From Balanoglossus misakiensis (lineage: Eukaryota; Animalia; Hemichordata), in assembly GCA_040954595.2 (NCBI GenBank), contig CM082590.2, positions 2,046,001-2,110,000 on the forward strand: a stretch of DNA of 64,000 nt, written 5' to 3'. The position numbers were made by a program, and so were the translations under genes. The notes beneath the pieces were generated by a model. That model saw only the letters and a list, made by a program, of their open reading frames with translations, was not told where the DNA came from and did no database searches. Of this stretch, positions 51,101-64,000 are shown in pieces. Each line of letters opens with the position of its first letter. Within the stretch, counting starts at the first letter, position 1.

Positions 51101-54100
51101 GGTACTTATTCTCTGCCCTAGCAAGGTCCAGGGGTACCAATTCTCTGCCCTAGCAAGGTCCAGGGGTACCAATTCTCTGCCCTAGCAAGGGCCAGGGGTA
51201 CTTATTCTCTGCCCTAGCAAGGGCCAGGGGTATTTATTCTCTGCCCTAGCAAGGGCCAGGGGTACTTATTCTCAGCCCTAGCAAGGTCCAGGGATACTTA
51301 TTCTCTGCCCTAGCAAGGTCCAGGGGTACCAATTCTCAGCCCTAGCAAGGTCCAGGGGTACCAATTCTCTGCCCTAGCGAGGTCCAGGGGTACTTATTCT
51401 CTGCCCTATCAAGGTCCATGGGTTCTTATTCTCTGCCCTAGCGAGGGCCAGGGGTACCAATTCTCTGCCCTAGCAAGGGCCAGGGGTACCAATTCTCTAC
51501 CCTAGCAAGGGCCATGGGTTCTTATTCTCTGCCCTAGCAAGGTCCAGGGGTACTTATTCTCTGCCCTAGCAAGGTCCAGGGGTACCAATTCTCAGCCCTA
51601 GCAAGGTCCAGGGGTACCAATTCTCTGCCCTACCAAGGTCCAGGGGTACTTATTCTCAGCCCTAGCAAGGTCCAGAGGTACTTATTCTCAGCCCTAGCAA
51701 GGTCCAGAGGTACTTATTCTCTGCCCTAGCAAGGGCCAGGGGTACTTATTCTCTGCCCTAGCAAGGTCCAGGGGTACCAATTCTCTGCCCTAGCAAGGTC
51801 CAGGGGTACTTATTCTCAGCCCTAGCAAGGTCCAGAGGTACTTATTCTCAGCCCTAGCAAGGTCCAGAGGTACTTATTCTCTGCCCTAGCAAGGGCCAGG
51901 GGTACTTATTCTCTGCCCTAGCAAGGGCCAGGGGTACTTATTCTCTGCCCTAGCAAGGTCCAGGGGTACCAATTCTCTGCCCTAGCAAGGTCCAGGGGTA
52001 CCAATTCTCTGCCCTAGCAAGGGCCAGGGGTACTTATTCTCTGCCCTAGCAAGGGCCAGGGGTATTTATTCTCTGCCCTAGCAAGGGCCAGGGGTACTTA
52101 TTCTCAGCCCTAGCAAGGTCCAGGGATACTTATTCTCTGCCCTAGCAAGGTCCAGGGGTACTTATTCTCTGCCCTATCAAGGTCCATGGGTTCTTATTCT
52201 CTGCCCTAGCGAGGGCCAGGGGTACCAATTCTCTGCCCTAGCAAGGGCCAGGGGTACCAATTCTCTACCCTAGCAAGGGCCATGGGTTCTTATTCTCTGC
52301 CCTAGCAAGGTCCAGGGGTACTTATTCTCTGCCCTAGCAAGGTCCAGGGGTACCAATTCTCAGCCCTAGCAAGGTCCAGGGGTACCAATTCTCTGCCCTA
52401 CCAAGGTCCAGGGGTACTTATTCTCAGCCCTAGCAAGGTCCAGAGGTACTTATTCTCAGCCCTAGCAAGGTCCAGAGGTACTTATTCTCTGCCCTAGCAA
52501 GGGCCAGGGGTACTTATTCTCTGCCCTAGCAAGGGCCAGGGGTACCAATTCTTAGCCCTAGCAAGGGCCAGGGGTACCAATTCTCTGCCCTAGCAAGGGC
52601 CAGGGGTACTTATTCTCTGCCCTAGCAAGGGCCAGGGGTACCAATTCTCAGCCCTAGCAAGGTCCAGGGGTACCAATTCTCTGCCCTAGCAAGGGCCAGG
52701 GGTACTTATTCTCTGCCCTAGCAAGGGCCAGGGGTATTTATTCTCTGCCCTAGCAAGGGCCAGGGGTACTTATTCTCAGCCCTAGCAAGGTCCAGGGATA
52801 CTTATTCTCTGCCCTAGCAAGGTCCAGGGGTACCAATTCTCAGCCCTTGCAAGGTCCAGGGGTACCAATTCTCTGCCCTAGCAAGGTCCAGGGGTACTTA
52901 TTCTCTGCCCTATCAAGGTCCATGGGTTCTTATTCTCTGCCCTAGCAAGGTCCAGGGGTACCAATTCCCTGCCCTAGCAAGGGCCAGGGGTATTTATTCT
53001 CTGCCCTAGCAAGGGCCAGGGGTACCAATTCTCTGCCCTAGCAAGGGCCAGGGGTACCAATTCTCTGCCCTATCAAGGTCCATGGGTTCTTATTCTCTGC
53101 CCTAGCAAGGGCCAGGGGTACCAATTCTCTGCCCTATCAAGGTCCACGGGTTCTAATTCTCTGCCCTAGCAAGGGCCAGGGGTACCAATTCTCTGCCCTA
53201 GCAAGGGCCAGGGGTACTTATTCTCTGCCCTAGCAAGGGCCAGGGGTACCAATTCTCTGCCCTAGCAAGGGCCAGGGGTACCAATTCTCAGCCCTAGCAA
53301 GGGCCAGGGGTACTTATTCTCAGCCCTAGCAAGGTCCAGGGGTACTTATTCTCTGCCCTAGCAAGGTCCAGGGGTACCAAATCTCAGCCCTAGCAAGGTC
53401 CAGGGGTACCAATTCTCTGCCCTAGCAAGGGCCAGGGGTACTAATTCTCTGCCCTAGCAAGGGCCAGGGGTACTTATTCTCTGCCCTAGCAAGGGCCATG
53501 GGTTCTTATTCTCTGCCCTAGCAAGGTCCAGGGGTACTTATTCTCTGCCCTAGCAAGGTCCAGGGGTACCAATTCTCAGCCCTAGCAAGGTCCAGGGGTA
53601 CCAATTCTCTGCCCTAGCAAGGTCCAGGGGTACTTATTGTCTGCCCTATCAAGGTCCATGGGTTCTTATTCTCTGCCTTAGCAAGGTCCAGGGGTACCAA
53701 TTCTCTGCCCTAGCAAGGGCCAGGGGTACTTATTCTCTGCCCTAGCAAGGGTCAGGGGTACTTATTCTCAGCCCTAGCAAGGTCCAGAGGTACTTATTCT
53801 CTGCCCTAGCAAGGGCCAGGGGTACCAATTCTCTGCCCTAGCAAGGGCCAGGGGTACTTATTCTCTGCCCTAGCAAGGGCCAGGGGTACCAATTCTCTGC
53901 CCTAGCAAGGGCCAGGGGTACTTATTCTCAGCCCTAGCAAGGTCCAGGGGTACTTATTCTCTGCCCTAGCAAGGTCCAGGGGTACCAAATCTCAGCCCTA
54001 GCAAGGTCCAGGGGTACCAATTCTCTGCCCTAGCAAGGGCCAGGGGAACCAATTCTCAGTCCTACCAAGGGCCAGGGGTACTTATTCTCAGCCCTAGCAA

Positions 54101-57100
54101 GGTCCAGGGGTACTTATTCTCTGCCCTAGCAAGGGCCAGGGGTATTTATTCTCTACCCTAGCAAGGGCCAGGGGTACTTATTCTCAGCCCTAGCAAGGTC
54201 CAGGGGTACCAATTCTCAGCCCTAGCAAGGTCCAGGGGTACCAATTCTCTGCCCTAGCAAGGTCCAGGGGTACCAATTCTCTGCCCTAGCAAGGGCCAGG
54301 GGTACTTATTCTCAGCCCTAGCAAGGTCCAGGGGTACTTATTCTCTGCCCTAGCAAGGGCCAGGGGTACCAATTCTCTGCCCTATCAAGGTCCATGGGTT
54401 CTTATTCTCTGCCCTAGCAAGGGCCAGGGGTACCAATTCTCTGCCCTAGCAAGGGCCAGGGGTACTTATTCTCTGCCCTAGCAAGGTCCAGGGGTACCAA
54501 TTCTCTGCCCTAGCAAGGGCCAGGGGAACCAATTCTCAGTCCTACCAAGGGCCAGGGGTACTTATTCTCAGCCCTAGCAAGGTCCAGGGGTACTTATTCT
54601 CTGCCCTAGCAAGGGCCAGGGGTATTTATTCTCTGCCCTAGCAAGGGCCAGGGGTACTTATTCTCAGCCCTAGCAAGGTCCAGGGGTACTTATTCTCTGC
54701 CCTAGCAAGGGCCAGGGGTACTTATTCTCTGCCCTAGCAAGGGCCAGGGGTACCAATTCTCTGCCCTAGCAAGGGCCAGGGGTACTTATTCTCTGCCCTA
54801 GCAAGGGCCAGGGGTACCAATTCTCTGCCCTAGCAAGGGCCAGGGGAACCAATTCTCAGTCCTACCAAGGGCCAGGGGTACTTATTCTCAGCCCTAGCAA
54901 GGTCCAGGGGTACTTATTCTCTGCCCTAGCAAGGGCCAGGGGTATTTATTCTCTGCCCTAGCAAGGGCCAGGGGTACTTATTCTCAGCCCTAGCAAGGTC
55001 CAGGGGTACCAATTCTCAGCCCTAGCAAGGTCCAGGGGTACCAATTCTCTGCCCTAGCAAGGTCCAGGGGTACCAATTCTCTGCCCTAGAAAGGGCCAGG
55101 GGTACTTATTCTCTGCCCTAGCAAGGGCCAGTGGTACCAATTCTCTGCCCTAGCAAGGGCCAAGGGTACCAAGTCTCTGCCCTATCAAGGTCCATGGGTT
55201 CTTATTCTCTGCCCTAGCAAGGGCCAGAGGTACTTATTCTCTGCCCTAGCAATGGCCAGGGGTACCATTTCTCTGCCCTATCAAGGTCCATAGGCTCTTA
55301 TTCTCTGCCCTAGCAAAGGCCAGGGGTACCAATTCTCTGCCCTAGCAAGGGCCAGGGGTACTTATTTTCTGCCCTAGCAAGGGCCAGGGGTATTAATTCT
55401 CTGCCCTATCAAGGTCCACGGGTTCTTATTCTTTGCCCTAGCAAGGGCCAGGGGTACCAATTCTCTGCCCTAGCAAGGGCCAGGGGTACTTATTCTCTGC
55501 CCTAGCAAGGGCCAGGGGTACCAATTCTCTGCCCTAGCAAGGGCCAGGGGTACCAATTCTCAGCCCTAGCAAGGGCCAGGGGTACTTATTTTCAGCCCTA
55601 GCAAGGTCCAGGGGTACTTATTCTCTGCCCTAGCAAGGGCCAGGGGTACCAATTCTCTGCCCTATCAAGGTCCATGGGTTCTTATTCTCTGCCCTAGCAA
55701 GGTCCAGGGGTATTAATTCTCTGCCCTATCAAGGTCCACGGGTTCTTATTCTCTGCCCTAGCAAGGGCCAGGGGTACCAATTCTCTGCCCTAGCAAGGGC
55801 CAGGGGTACTTATTCTCTGCCCTAGCAAGGTCCAGGAGTACCAATTCTCTGCCCTAGCAAGGGCCAGGGGTACTTATTCTCTGCCCTAGCAAGGGCCAGG
55901 GGTACTTATTCTCTGCCCTAGCAAGGGCCAGGGGTACCAATTCTTTGCCCTAGCAAGGGCCAGGGGTACCAATTCTCTGCCCTAGCAAGGGCCAGGGGTA
56001 CTTATTCTCTACCCTAGCAAGGGCCAGGGGTACTTATTCTCTGCCCTAGCAAGGGCCAGGGGTACCAATTCTCTGCCCTAGCAAGGTCCACGGGTTCTTA
56101 TTCTCTGCCCTAGCAAGGTCCAGGGGTATTTATTCTCTGCCCTAGCAAGGTCCAGGGGTACTTATTCTCTGCCCTAGCAAGGTCCAGGGGTACCAATTCT
56201 CTGCCCTAGCAAGGGCCAGGGGTACTTATTCTCTGCCCTAGCAAGGGCCAGTGGTACCAATTCTCTGCCCTAGCAACGGCCAGGGGTACCAATTCTCTGC
56301 CCTAGCAAGGGCCAGGGTTACCAATTCTCTGCCCTAGCAAGGGCCAGGGGTACCAATTCTCTGCCCTAGCAAGGTCCAGGGGTACCAATTCTCTGCCCTA
56401 GCAAGGGCCTGGGGTACCAATTCTCTGCCCTAGCAAGGGCCAGGGGTACCAATTCTCTGCCCTATCAAGGTCCATGGGTTCTTTTTCTCTGCCCTAGCAT
56501 GGTCCAGGGGTACCAATTCTCTGCCCTAGCAAGGGCCAGCGGTACTTATTCTCTGCCCTATCAAGGTCCAGGGGTACCAATTCTCTGCCCTAGCAAGGTC
56601 CAGAGGCACTTATTCACTGGCCTATCAAGGTCCATGGGTTCTTATTCTCTGCCCTAGCAAGGTCCAGGGGTACTTATTCTCTGCCCTAGCAAGGGCCAGG
56701 GGTACCAATTCTCTGCCCTAGCAAGGTCCACGGGTTCTTATTCTCTGCCCTAGCAAGGTCCAGGGGTATTTATTCTCTGCCCTAGCAAGGTCCAGGGGTA
56801 CTTATTCTCTGCCCTAGCAAGGTCCAGGGGTACCAATTCTCTGCCCTAGCAAGGGCCAGGGGTACTTATTCTCTGCCCTAGCAAGGGCCAGTGGTACCAA
56901 TTCTCTGCCCTAGCAACGGCCAGGGGTACCAATTCTCTGCCCTAGCAAGGGCCAGGGTTACCAATTCTCTGCCCTAGCAAGGGCCAGGGGTACCAATTCT
57001 CTGCCCTAGCAAGGTCCAGGGGTACCAATTCTCTGCCCTAGCAAGGGCCTGGGGTACCAATTCTCTGCCCTAGCAAGGGCCAGGGGTACCAATTCTCTGC

Positions 57101-60100
57101 CCTATCAAGGTCCATGGGTTCTTTTTCTCTGCCCTAGCATGGTCCAGGGGTACCAATTCTCTGCCCTAGCAAGGGCCAGCGGTACTTATTCTCTGCCCTA
57201 TCAAGGTCCAGTGGTACCAATTCTCTGCCCTACCAAGGTCCAGAGGCACTTATTCACTGGCCTATCAAGGTCCATGGGTTCTTATTCTCTGCCCTAGCAA
57301 GGTCCAGGGGTACCAATTCTCTGCCCTAGCAAGGGCCAGGGGTACTTATTCTCTGCCCTAGCAAGGGCCAGGGGTACCAATTCTCTGCCCTAGCAAGGGC
57401 CAGGGGTACCAATTCTCTGCCCTATCAAGGTCCATGGGTTCTTATTCTCTGCCCTAGCAAGGTCCAGGGGTACCAATTCTCTGCCCTAGCAAGGGCCAGG
57501 GGTACTTATTCTCTGCCCTAGCAAGGGCCAGGGGTACCAATTCTCTGCCCTAGCAAGGGCCAGGGGTACCAATTCTCTGCCCTATCAAGGTCCATGGGTT
57601 CTTATTCTCTGCCCTAGCAAGGGCCAGGGGTACCAATTCTCTGCCCTAGCAAGGGCCAGGGGTACTTATTCTCTGCCCTAGCAAGGGCCAGGGGTACTTA
57701 TTCTCTGCCCTAGCAATGGCCAGGGGTACTTATTCTCTGCCCTAGCAAGGGCCAGGGGTACTTATTCTCTGCCCTAGCAAGGGCCAGGGGTACTTATTCT
57801 CTGCCCTAGCAAGGGCCAGGGGTACCAATTCTCTGCCCTAGCAAGGTCCAGGGGTACCAATTCTCTGCCCTAGCAAGGGCCAGGGGTACCAATTCTCTGC
57901 CCTAGCAAGGGCCAGGGGTACCAATTCTCTGCCCTAGCAAGGGCCAGGGGTACCAATTCTCTGCCCTAGCAAGGGCCAGGGGTACCAATTCTCTGCCTTA
58001 TCAAGGTCCAGGGGCACTTATTCTCTGCCCTAGCAAGGTCCAGGGGTATTAATTCTCTGCCCTATCAAGGTCCACGGGTTCTTATTCTCTGCCCTAGCAA
58101 GGGCCATGGGTACCAATTCTCTGCCCTAGCAAGGGCCAGGGGTACTTATTCTCTGCCCTAGCAAGGGCCAGGGGTACCAATTCTCTGCCCTAGCAAGGGC
58201 CAGGGGTACCAATTCTCAGCCCTAGCAAGGGCCAGGGGTACCAATTCTTTGCCCTAGCAAGGACCAGGGGTACCAATTCTCTGCCCTAGCAAGGGCCAGG
58301 GGTACCAATTCTCTGCCCTATCAAGGTCCAGGGGTACTTATTCTCTGCCCTAGCAAGGTCCAGGGGTACCAATTCTCAGCTCTAGCAAGGTCCAGGGGTA
58401 CCAATTCTCTGCCCTAGCAAGGGCCAGGGGTACCAATTCTCTGCCCTAGCAAGGTCCAGGGGTACTTATTCTCTGCCCTAGCAAGATCCAAGGGTACCAA
58501 TTCTCTGCCCTAGCAAGGGCCAGGGGTACCAATTCTCTGCCCTAGCAAGGGCCAGGGGTACCAATTCTTTGCCCTAGCAAGGACCAGGGGTACCAATTCT
58601 CTGCCCTAGCAAGGGCCAGGGGTACCAATTCTCTGCCCTAGCAAGGGCCAGGGGTACTTATTCTCTGCCCTAGCAAGGTCCAGGGGTACTTATTCTCTGC
58701 CCTAGCAAGATCCAAGGGTACCAATTCTCTGCCCTAGCAAGGGCCAGGGGTACCAATTCTCTGCCCTAGCAAGGGCCAGGGGTACCAATTCTTTGCCCTA
58801 GCAAGGACCAGGGGTACCAATTCTCTGCCCTAGCAAGGGCCAGGGGTACCAATTCTCTGCCCTATCAAGGTCCAGGGGTACTTATTCTCTGCCCTAGCAA
58901 GGTCCAGGGGTACCAATTCTCAGCTCTAGCAAGGTCCAGGGGTACCAATTCTCTGCCCTAGCAAGGGCCAGGGGTACCAATTCTCTGCCCTAGCAAGGTC
59001 CAGGGGTACTTATTCTCTGCCCTAGCAAGGGCCAGGGGTACCAATTCTCTGCCCTAGCAAGGTCCACGGGTTCTTATTCTCTGCCCTAGCAAGGTCCAGG
59101 GGTATTTATTCTCTGCCCTAGCAAGGTCCAGGGGTACTTATTCTCTGCCCTAGCAAGGTCCAGGGGTACCAATTCTCTGCCCTAGCAAGGGCCAGGGGTA
59201 CTTATTCTCTGCCCTAGCAAGGGCCAGTGGTACCAATTCTCTGCCCTAGCAACGGCCAGGGGTACCAATTCTCTGCCCTAGCAAGGGCCAGGGTTACCAA
59301 TTCTCTGCCCTAGCAAGGGCCAGGGGTACCAATTCTCTGCCCTAGCAAGGTCCAGGGGTACCAATTCTCTGCCCTAGCAAGGGCCTGGGGTACCAATTCT
59401 CTGCCCTAGCAAGGGCCAGGGGTACCAATTCTCTGCCCTATCAAGGTCCATGGGTTCTTTTTCTCTGCCCTAGCATGGTCCAGGGGTACCAATTCTCTGC
59501 CCTAGCAAGGGCCAGCGGTACTTATTCTCTGCCCTATCAAGGTCCAGTGGTACCAATTCTCTGCCCTACCAAGGTCCAGAGGCACTTATTCACTGGCCTA
59601 TCAAGGTCCATGGGTTCTTATTCTCTGCCCTAGCAAGGTCCAGGGGTACCAATTCTCTGCCCTAGCAAGGGCCAGGGGTACTTATTCTCTGCCCTAGCAA
59701 GGGCCAGGGGTACCAATTCTCTGCCCTAGCAAGGGCCAGGGGTACCAATTCTCTGCCCTATCAAGGTCCATGGGTTCTTATTCTCTGCCCTAGCAAGGGC
59801 CAGGGGTACCAATTCTCTGCCCTAGCAAGGGCCAGGGGTACTTATTCTCTGCCCTAGCAAGGGCCAGGGGTACTTATTCTCTGCCCTAGCAATGGCCAGG
59901 GGTACTTATTCTCTGCCCTAGCAAGGGCCAGGGGTACTTATTCTCTGCCCTAGCAAGGGCCAGGGGTACTTATTCTCTGCCCTAGCAAGGGCCAGGGGTA
60001 CCAATTCTCTGCCCTAGCAAGGTCCAGGGGTACCAATTCTCTGCCCTAGCAAGGGCCAGGGGTACCAATTCTCTGCCCTAGCAAGGGCCAGGGGTACCAA

Positions 60101-63100
60101 TTCTCTGCCCTAGCAAGGGCCAGGGGTACCAATTCTCTGCCCTAGCAAGGGCCAGGGGTACCAATTCTCTGCCTTATCAAGGTCCAGGGGCACTTATTCT
60201 CTGCCCTAGCAAGGTCCAGGGGTATTAATTCTCTGCCCTATCAAGGTCCACGGGTTCTTATTCTCTGCCCTAGCAAGGGCCATGGGTACCAATTCTCTGC
60301 CCTAGCAAGGGCCAGGGGTACTTATTCTCTGCCCTAGCAAGGGCCAGGGGTACCAATTCTCTGCCCTAGCAAGGGCCAGGGGTACCAATTCTCAGCCCTA
60401 GCAAGGGCCAGGGGTACCAATTCTTTGCCCTAGCAAGGACCAGGGGTACCAATTCTCTGCCCTAGCAAGGGCCAGGGGTACCAATTCTCTGCCCTATCAA
60501 GGTCCAGGGGTACTTATTCTCTGCCCTAGCAAGGTCCAGGGGTACCAATTCTCAGCTCTAGCAAGGTCCAGGGGTACCAATTCTCTGCCCTAGCAAGGGC
60601 CAGGGGTACCAATTCTCTGCCCTAGCAAGGTCCAGGGGTACTTATTCTCTGCCCTAGCAAGATCCAAGGGTACCAATTCTCTGCCCTAGCAAGGGCCAGG
60701 GGTACCAATTCTCTGCCCTAGCAAGGGCCAGGGGTACCAATTCTTTGCCCTAGCAAGGACCAGGGGTACCAATTCTCTGCCCTAGCAAGGGCCAGGGGTA
60801 CCAATTCTCTGCCCTAGCAAGGGCCAGGGGTACTTATTCTCTGCCCTAGCAAGGTCCAGGGGTACTTATTCTCTGCCCTAGCAAGATCCAAGGGTACCAA
60901 TTCTCTGCCCTAGCAAGGGCCAGGGGTACCAATTCTCTGCCCTAGCAAGGGCCAGGGGTACCAATTATTTGCCCTAGCAAGGACCAGGGGTACCAATTCT
61001 CTGCCCTAGCAAGGGCCAGGGGTACCAATTCTCTGCCCTATCAAGGTCCAGGGGTACTTATTCTCTGCCCTAGCAAGGTCCAGGGGTACCAATTCTCAGC
61101 TCTAGCAAGGTCCAGGGGTACCAATTCTCTGCCCTAGCAAGGGCCAGGGGTACCAATTCTCTGCCCTAGCAAGGTCCAGGGGTACCAATTCTCTGCCCTA
61201 GCAAGGGCCAGTGGTACCAATTCTCTGCCCTAGCAAGGGCCAGGGGTACCAATTTTCTGCCCTAGCAAGGGCCAGGGGTACCAATTCTCTGCCCTATCAA
61301 GGTCCATGGGTACTTATTCTCTGCCCTAGCAAGGGCCAGGGGTACCAATTCTCTGCCCTAGCAAGGGCCAGGGGTACCAATTCTCTGCCCTATCAAGGTC
61401 CAGGGGTACCAATTCTCTGCCCTAGCAAGGTCCAGAGGCACTTATTCACTGGCCTATCAAGGTCCATGGGTTCTTATTCTCTGCCCTAGCAAGGTCCAGG
61501 GGTACCAATTCTCTGCCCTAGCAAGGGCCAGGGGTACTTATTCTCTGCCCTAGCAAGGGCCAGGGGTACCAATTCTCTGCCCTAGCAAGGGCCAGGGGTA
61601 CTTATTCTCTGCCCTATCAAGGTCCATGGGTTCTTATTCTCTGCCCTAGCAAGGTCCAGGGGTACCAATTCTCTGCCCTAGCAAGGTCCAGGGGTACTTA
61701 TTCTCTGCCCTAGCAAGGGCCAGGGGTACCAATTCTCTGCCCTAGCAAGGGGCAGGGGTACTTATTCTCTGCCCTATCAAGGTCCATGGGTTCTTATTCT
61801 CTGCCCTAGCAAGGTCCAGGGGTACCAATTCTCTGCCCTAGCAAGGTCCAGGGGTACTTATTCTCTGCCCTAGCAAGGGCCAGGGGTACCAATTCTCTGC
61901 CCTAGCAAGGGCCAGGGGTACCAATTCTCTGCCCTATCAAGGTCCATGGGTTCTTATTCTCTGCCCTAGCAAGGGCCAGGGGTACCAATTCTCTGCCCTA
62001 GCAAGGGCCAGACGTACTTATTCTCTGCCCTAGCAAGGGCCAGGGGTACCAATTCTCTGCCCTAGCAAGGGCCAGGGGTACCAATTCTCAGCCCTATCAA
62101 GGGCCAGGGTTACTTATTCTCAGCCCTAGCAAGGTCCAGGGGTACTTATTCTCTGCCCTAGCAAGTTCCAGGGGTACCAATTCTCAGCCCTAGCAAGGTC
62201 CAGGGGTACCAATTCTCTGCCCTAGCATGGGCCAGGGGTACCAATTCTCTGCCCTAGCAAGGGCCAGGGGTACCAATTCTCTGCCCTAGCAAGGGCCAGG
62301 GGTACCAATTATCTGCCCTATCAAGGTCCATGGGTTCTTATTCTCTGCCCTAGCAAGGTTCAGGGGTACCAATTCTCTGCCCTAGCAAGGGCCAGGGGTA
62401 CTTATTCTTTGCCCTATCAAGGTCCAGGGGTACCAATTCTCTGCCCTAGCAAGGTCCAGAGGCACTTATTCACTGGCCTATCAAGGTCCATGGGTTCTTA
62501 TTGTCTGCCCTAGCAAGGTCCAGGGGTACCAATTCTCTGCCCTAGCAAGGGCCAGGCTTACTTGTTCTCTGCCCTAGCAAGGGCCAGTGGTACTTATTCT
62601 CTGCCCTAGCAAGGGCCAGGGGTACTTATTCTCTGCCCTATCAAGGTCCATGGGTTCTTATTCTCAGCCCTAGCAAGGTCCAGGGGTACCAATTCTCTGC
62701 CCTATCAAGGTCCATGGGTTCTTATTCTCTGCCCTAGCAAGGTCCAGGGGTACCAATTCTCTGCCCTAGCAAGGGCCAGTGGTACTTATTCTCTGCCCTA
62801 GCAAGGGCCAGTGGTACTTATTCTCTGCCCTAACAAGGGCCAGGGGTACTTATTCTCTGCCCTATCAAGGTCCAGGGGTACTTATTCTCTGCCCTAGCAA
62901 GGGCCAGGGGTACCAATTCTCTGCCATAGCAAGGTCCAGGGGTACCAATTCTCTGCCCTAGCAAGGGCCAGGGGTACTTATTCTCTGCCCTATCAAGGTC
63001 CAGGGGTACCAATTCTCTGCCCTAGCAAGGTCCAGAGGCACTTATTCACTGGCCCATCAAGGTCCATGGGTTCTTATTCTCTGCCCTAGCAAGGTCCAGG

Positions 63101-64000
63101 GGTACCAATTCTCAGCCCTAGCAAGGGCCAGGGGTACTTATTCTCTGCCCTAGCAAGGGCCAGGGGTACCAATTCTCTGCCCTAGCAAGGGCCAGGGGTA
63201 CCAATTCTCTGCCCTAGCAAGGTCCAGGGGTACTTATTCTCTGCCCTAGCAAGGGCCAGGGGTACCAATTCTCTGCCCTAGCAAGGGCCAGGGGTACTTA
63301 TTCTCTGCCCTAGCAAGGGCCAGGGGTATTAATTCTCTGCCCTATCAAGGTCCACGGGTTCTTATTCTCTGCCCTAGCAAGGGCCAGGGGTACCAATTCT
63401 CTGCCCTAGCAAGGGCCAGGGGTACCAATTCTCTGCCCTATCAAGGGCCAGGGGTACCAATTCTCTGCCCTATCAAGGTCCAGGGGTACCAATTCTCTGC
63501 CCTAGCAAGGTCCAGAGGCACTTATTCACTGGCCTATCAAGGTCCATGGGTTCTTATTCTCTGCCCTAGCAAGGTCCAGGGGTACCAATTCTCTGCCCTA
63601 GCAAGGGCCAGGGGTACCAATTCTCTGCCCTATCAAGGTCCAGGGGTACTTATTCTCTGCCCTAGCAAGGTCCAGGGGTACCAATTCTCAGCTCTAGCAA
63701 GGTCCAGGGGTACCAATTCTCTGCCCTAGCAAGGGCCAGGGGTACCAATTCTCTGCCCTAGCAAGGTCCAGGGGTACTTATTCTCTGCCCTAGCAAGGGC
63801 CAGGGGTACCAATTCTCTGCCCTAGCAAGGGCCAGGGGTACTTATTCTCTGCCCTATCAAGGTCCATGGGTTCTTATTCTCTGCCCTAGCAAGGGCCAGG
63901 GGTACCAATTCTCTGCCCTAGCAAGGGCCAGGGGTACCAATTCTCTGCCCTATCAAGGTCCATGGGTTCTTATTCTCTGCCCTAGCAAGGGCCAGGGGTA
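33144..64000. repeat. 32-bp tandem satellite, about 964 copies, continues past the window end
   Basis: Consensus CCAGGGGTAC(CA/TT)ATTCTC(T/A)GCCCTAGCAAGG(G/T). The phase at 33721 and 63961 is identical (offset 30240 = 945 x 32). Confidence 0.99.

Noticed and set aside
33123-63012. Short ORFs within the 32-bp array
   Set aside because: They are translations of the repeat where variants happen to remove the TAG stop; no coding evidence.
33144-64000. CRISPR array (32-bp repeat with an internal hairpin)
   Set aside because: Units are head-to-tail with no unique spacers, there are no cas genes, and the context is eukaryotic.

Overview
Repeat-dense animal genomic DNA (TTAGGG-type telomeric units and GT-AG introns; a marine invertebrate is my inference) with no intact host gene. 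From left to right: (1) 1-6095 is an AT-rich ~88-91 bp satellite interrupted by a 1.17 kb TIR element with a 5-bp TSD and by a 5'-truncated L2/CR1-group LINE with an open RT frame. (2) 6096-13934 is a decayed Ty3/Gypsy LTR retrotransposon with a tRNA-Leu PBS, a -1 frameshift heptamer plus pseudoknot, a PPT and a 797-bp 3' LTR; its 5' LTR is cut off by the satellite. (3) About 14.9-33.1 kb is a mosaic of decayed, partly intron-containing genes of mobile-element type: a zinc-finger/tyrosine-recombinase gene bracketed by 140-bp direct repeats, a spliced Pif1-family helicase, a divergently oriented P-element-like transposase exon, and two spliceable exons (absent from the ORF track) resembling the C-terminal half of a beta-class N4C/N6A DNA methyltransferase, plus MITEs and local tandem duplications. 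(4) 33144-64000 is a 32-bp satellite of about 964 copies with no net indel and nested higher-order duplications. The best candidate for an undescribed system is the transposase + Pif1 + recombinase + methyltransferase-like cluster, possibly the remnant of a large cargo-carrying DNA element. All family calls come from motif recognition by eye; no searches were run.
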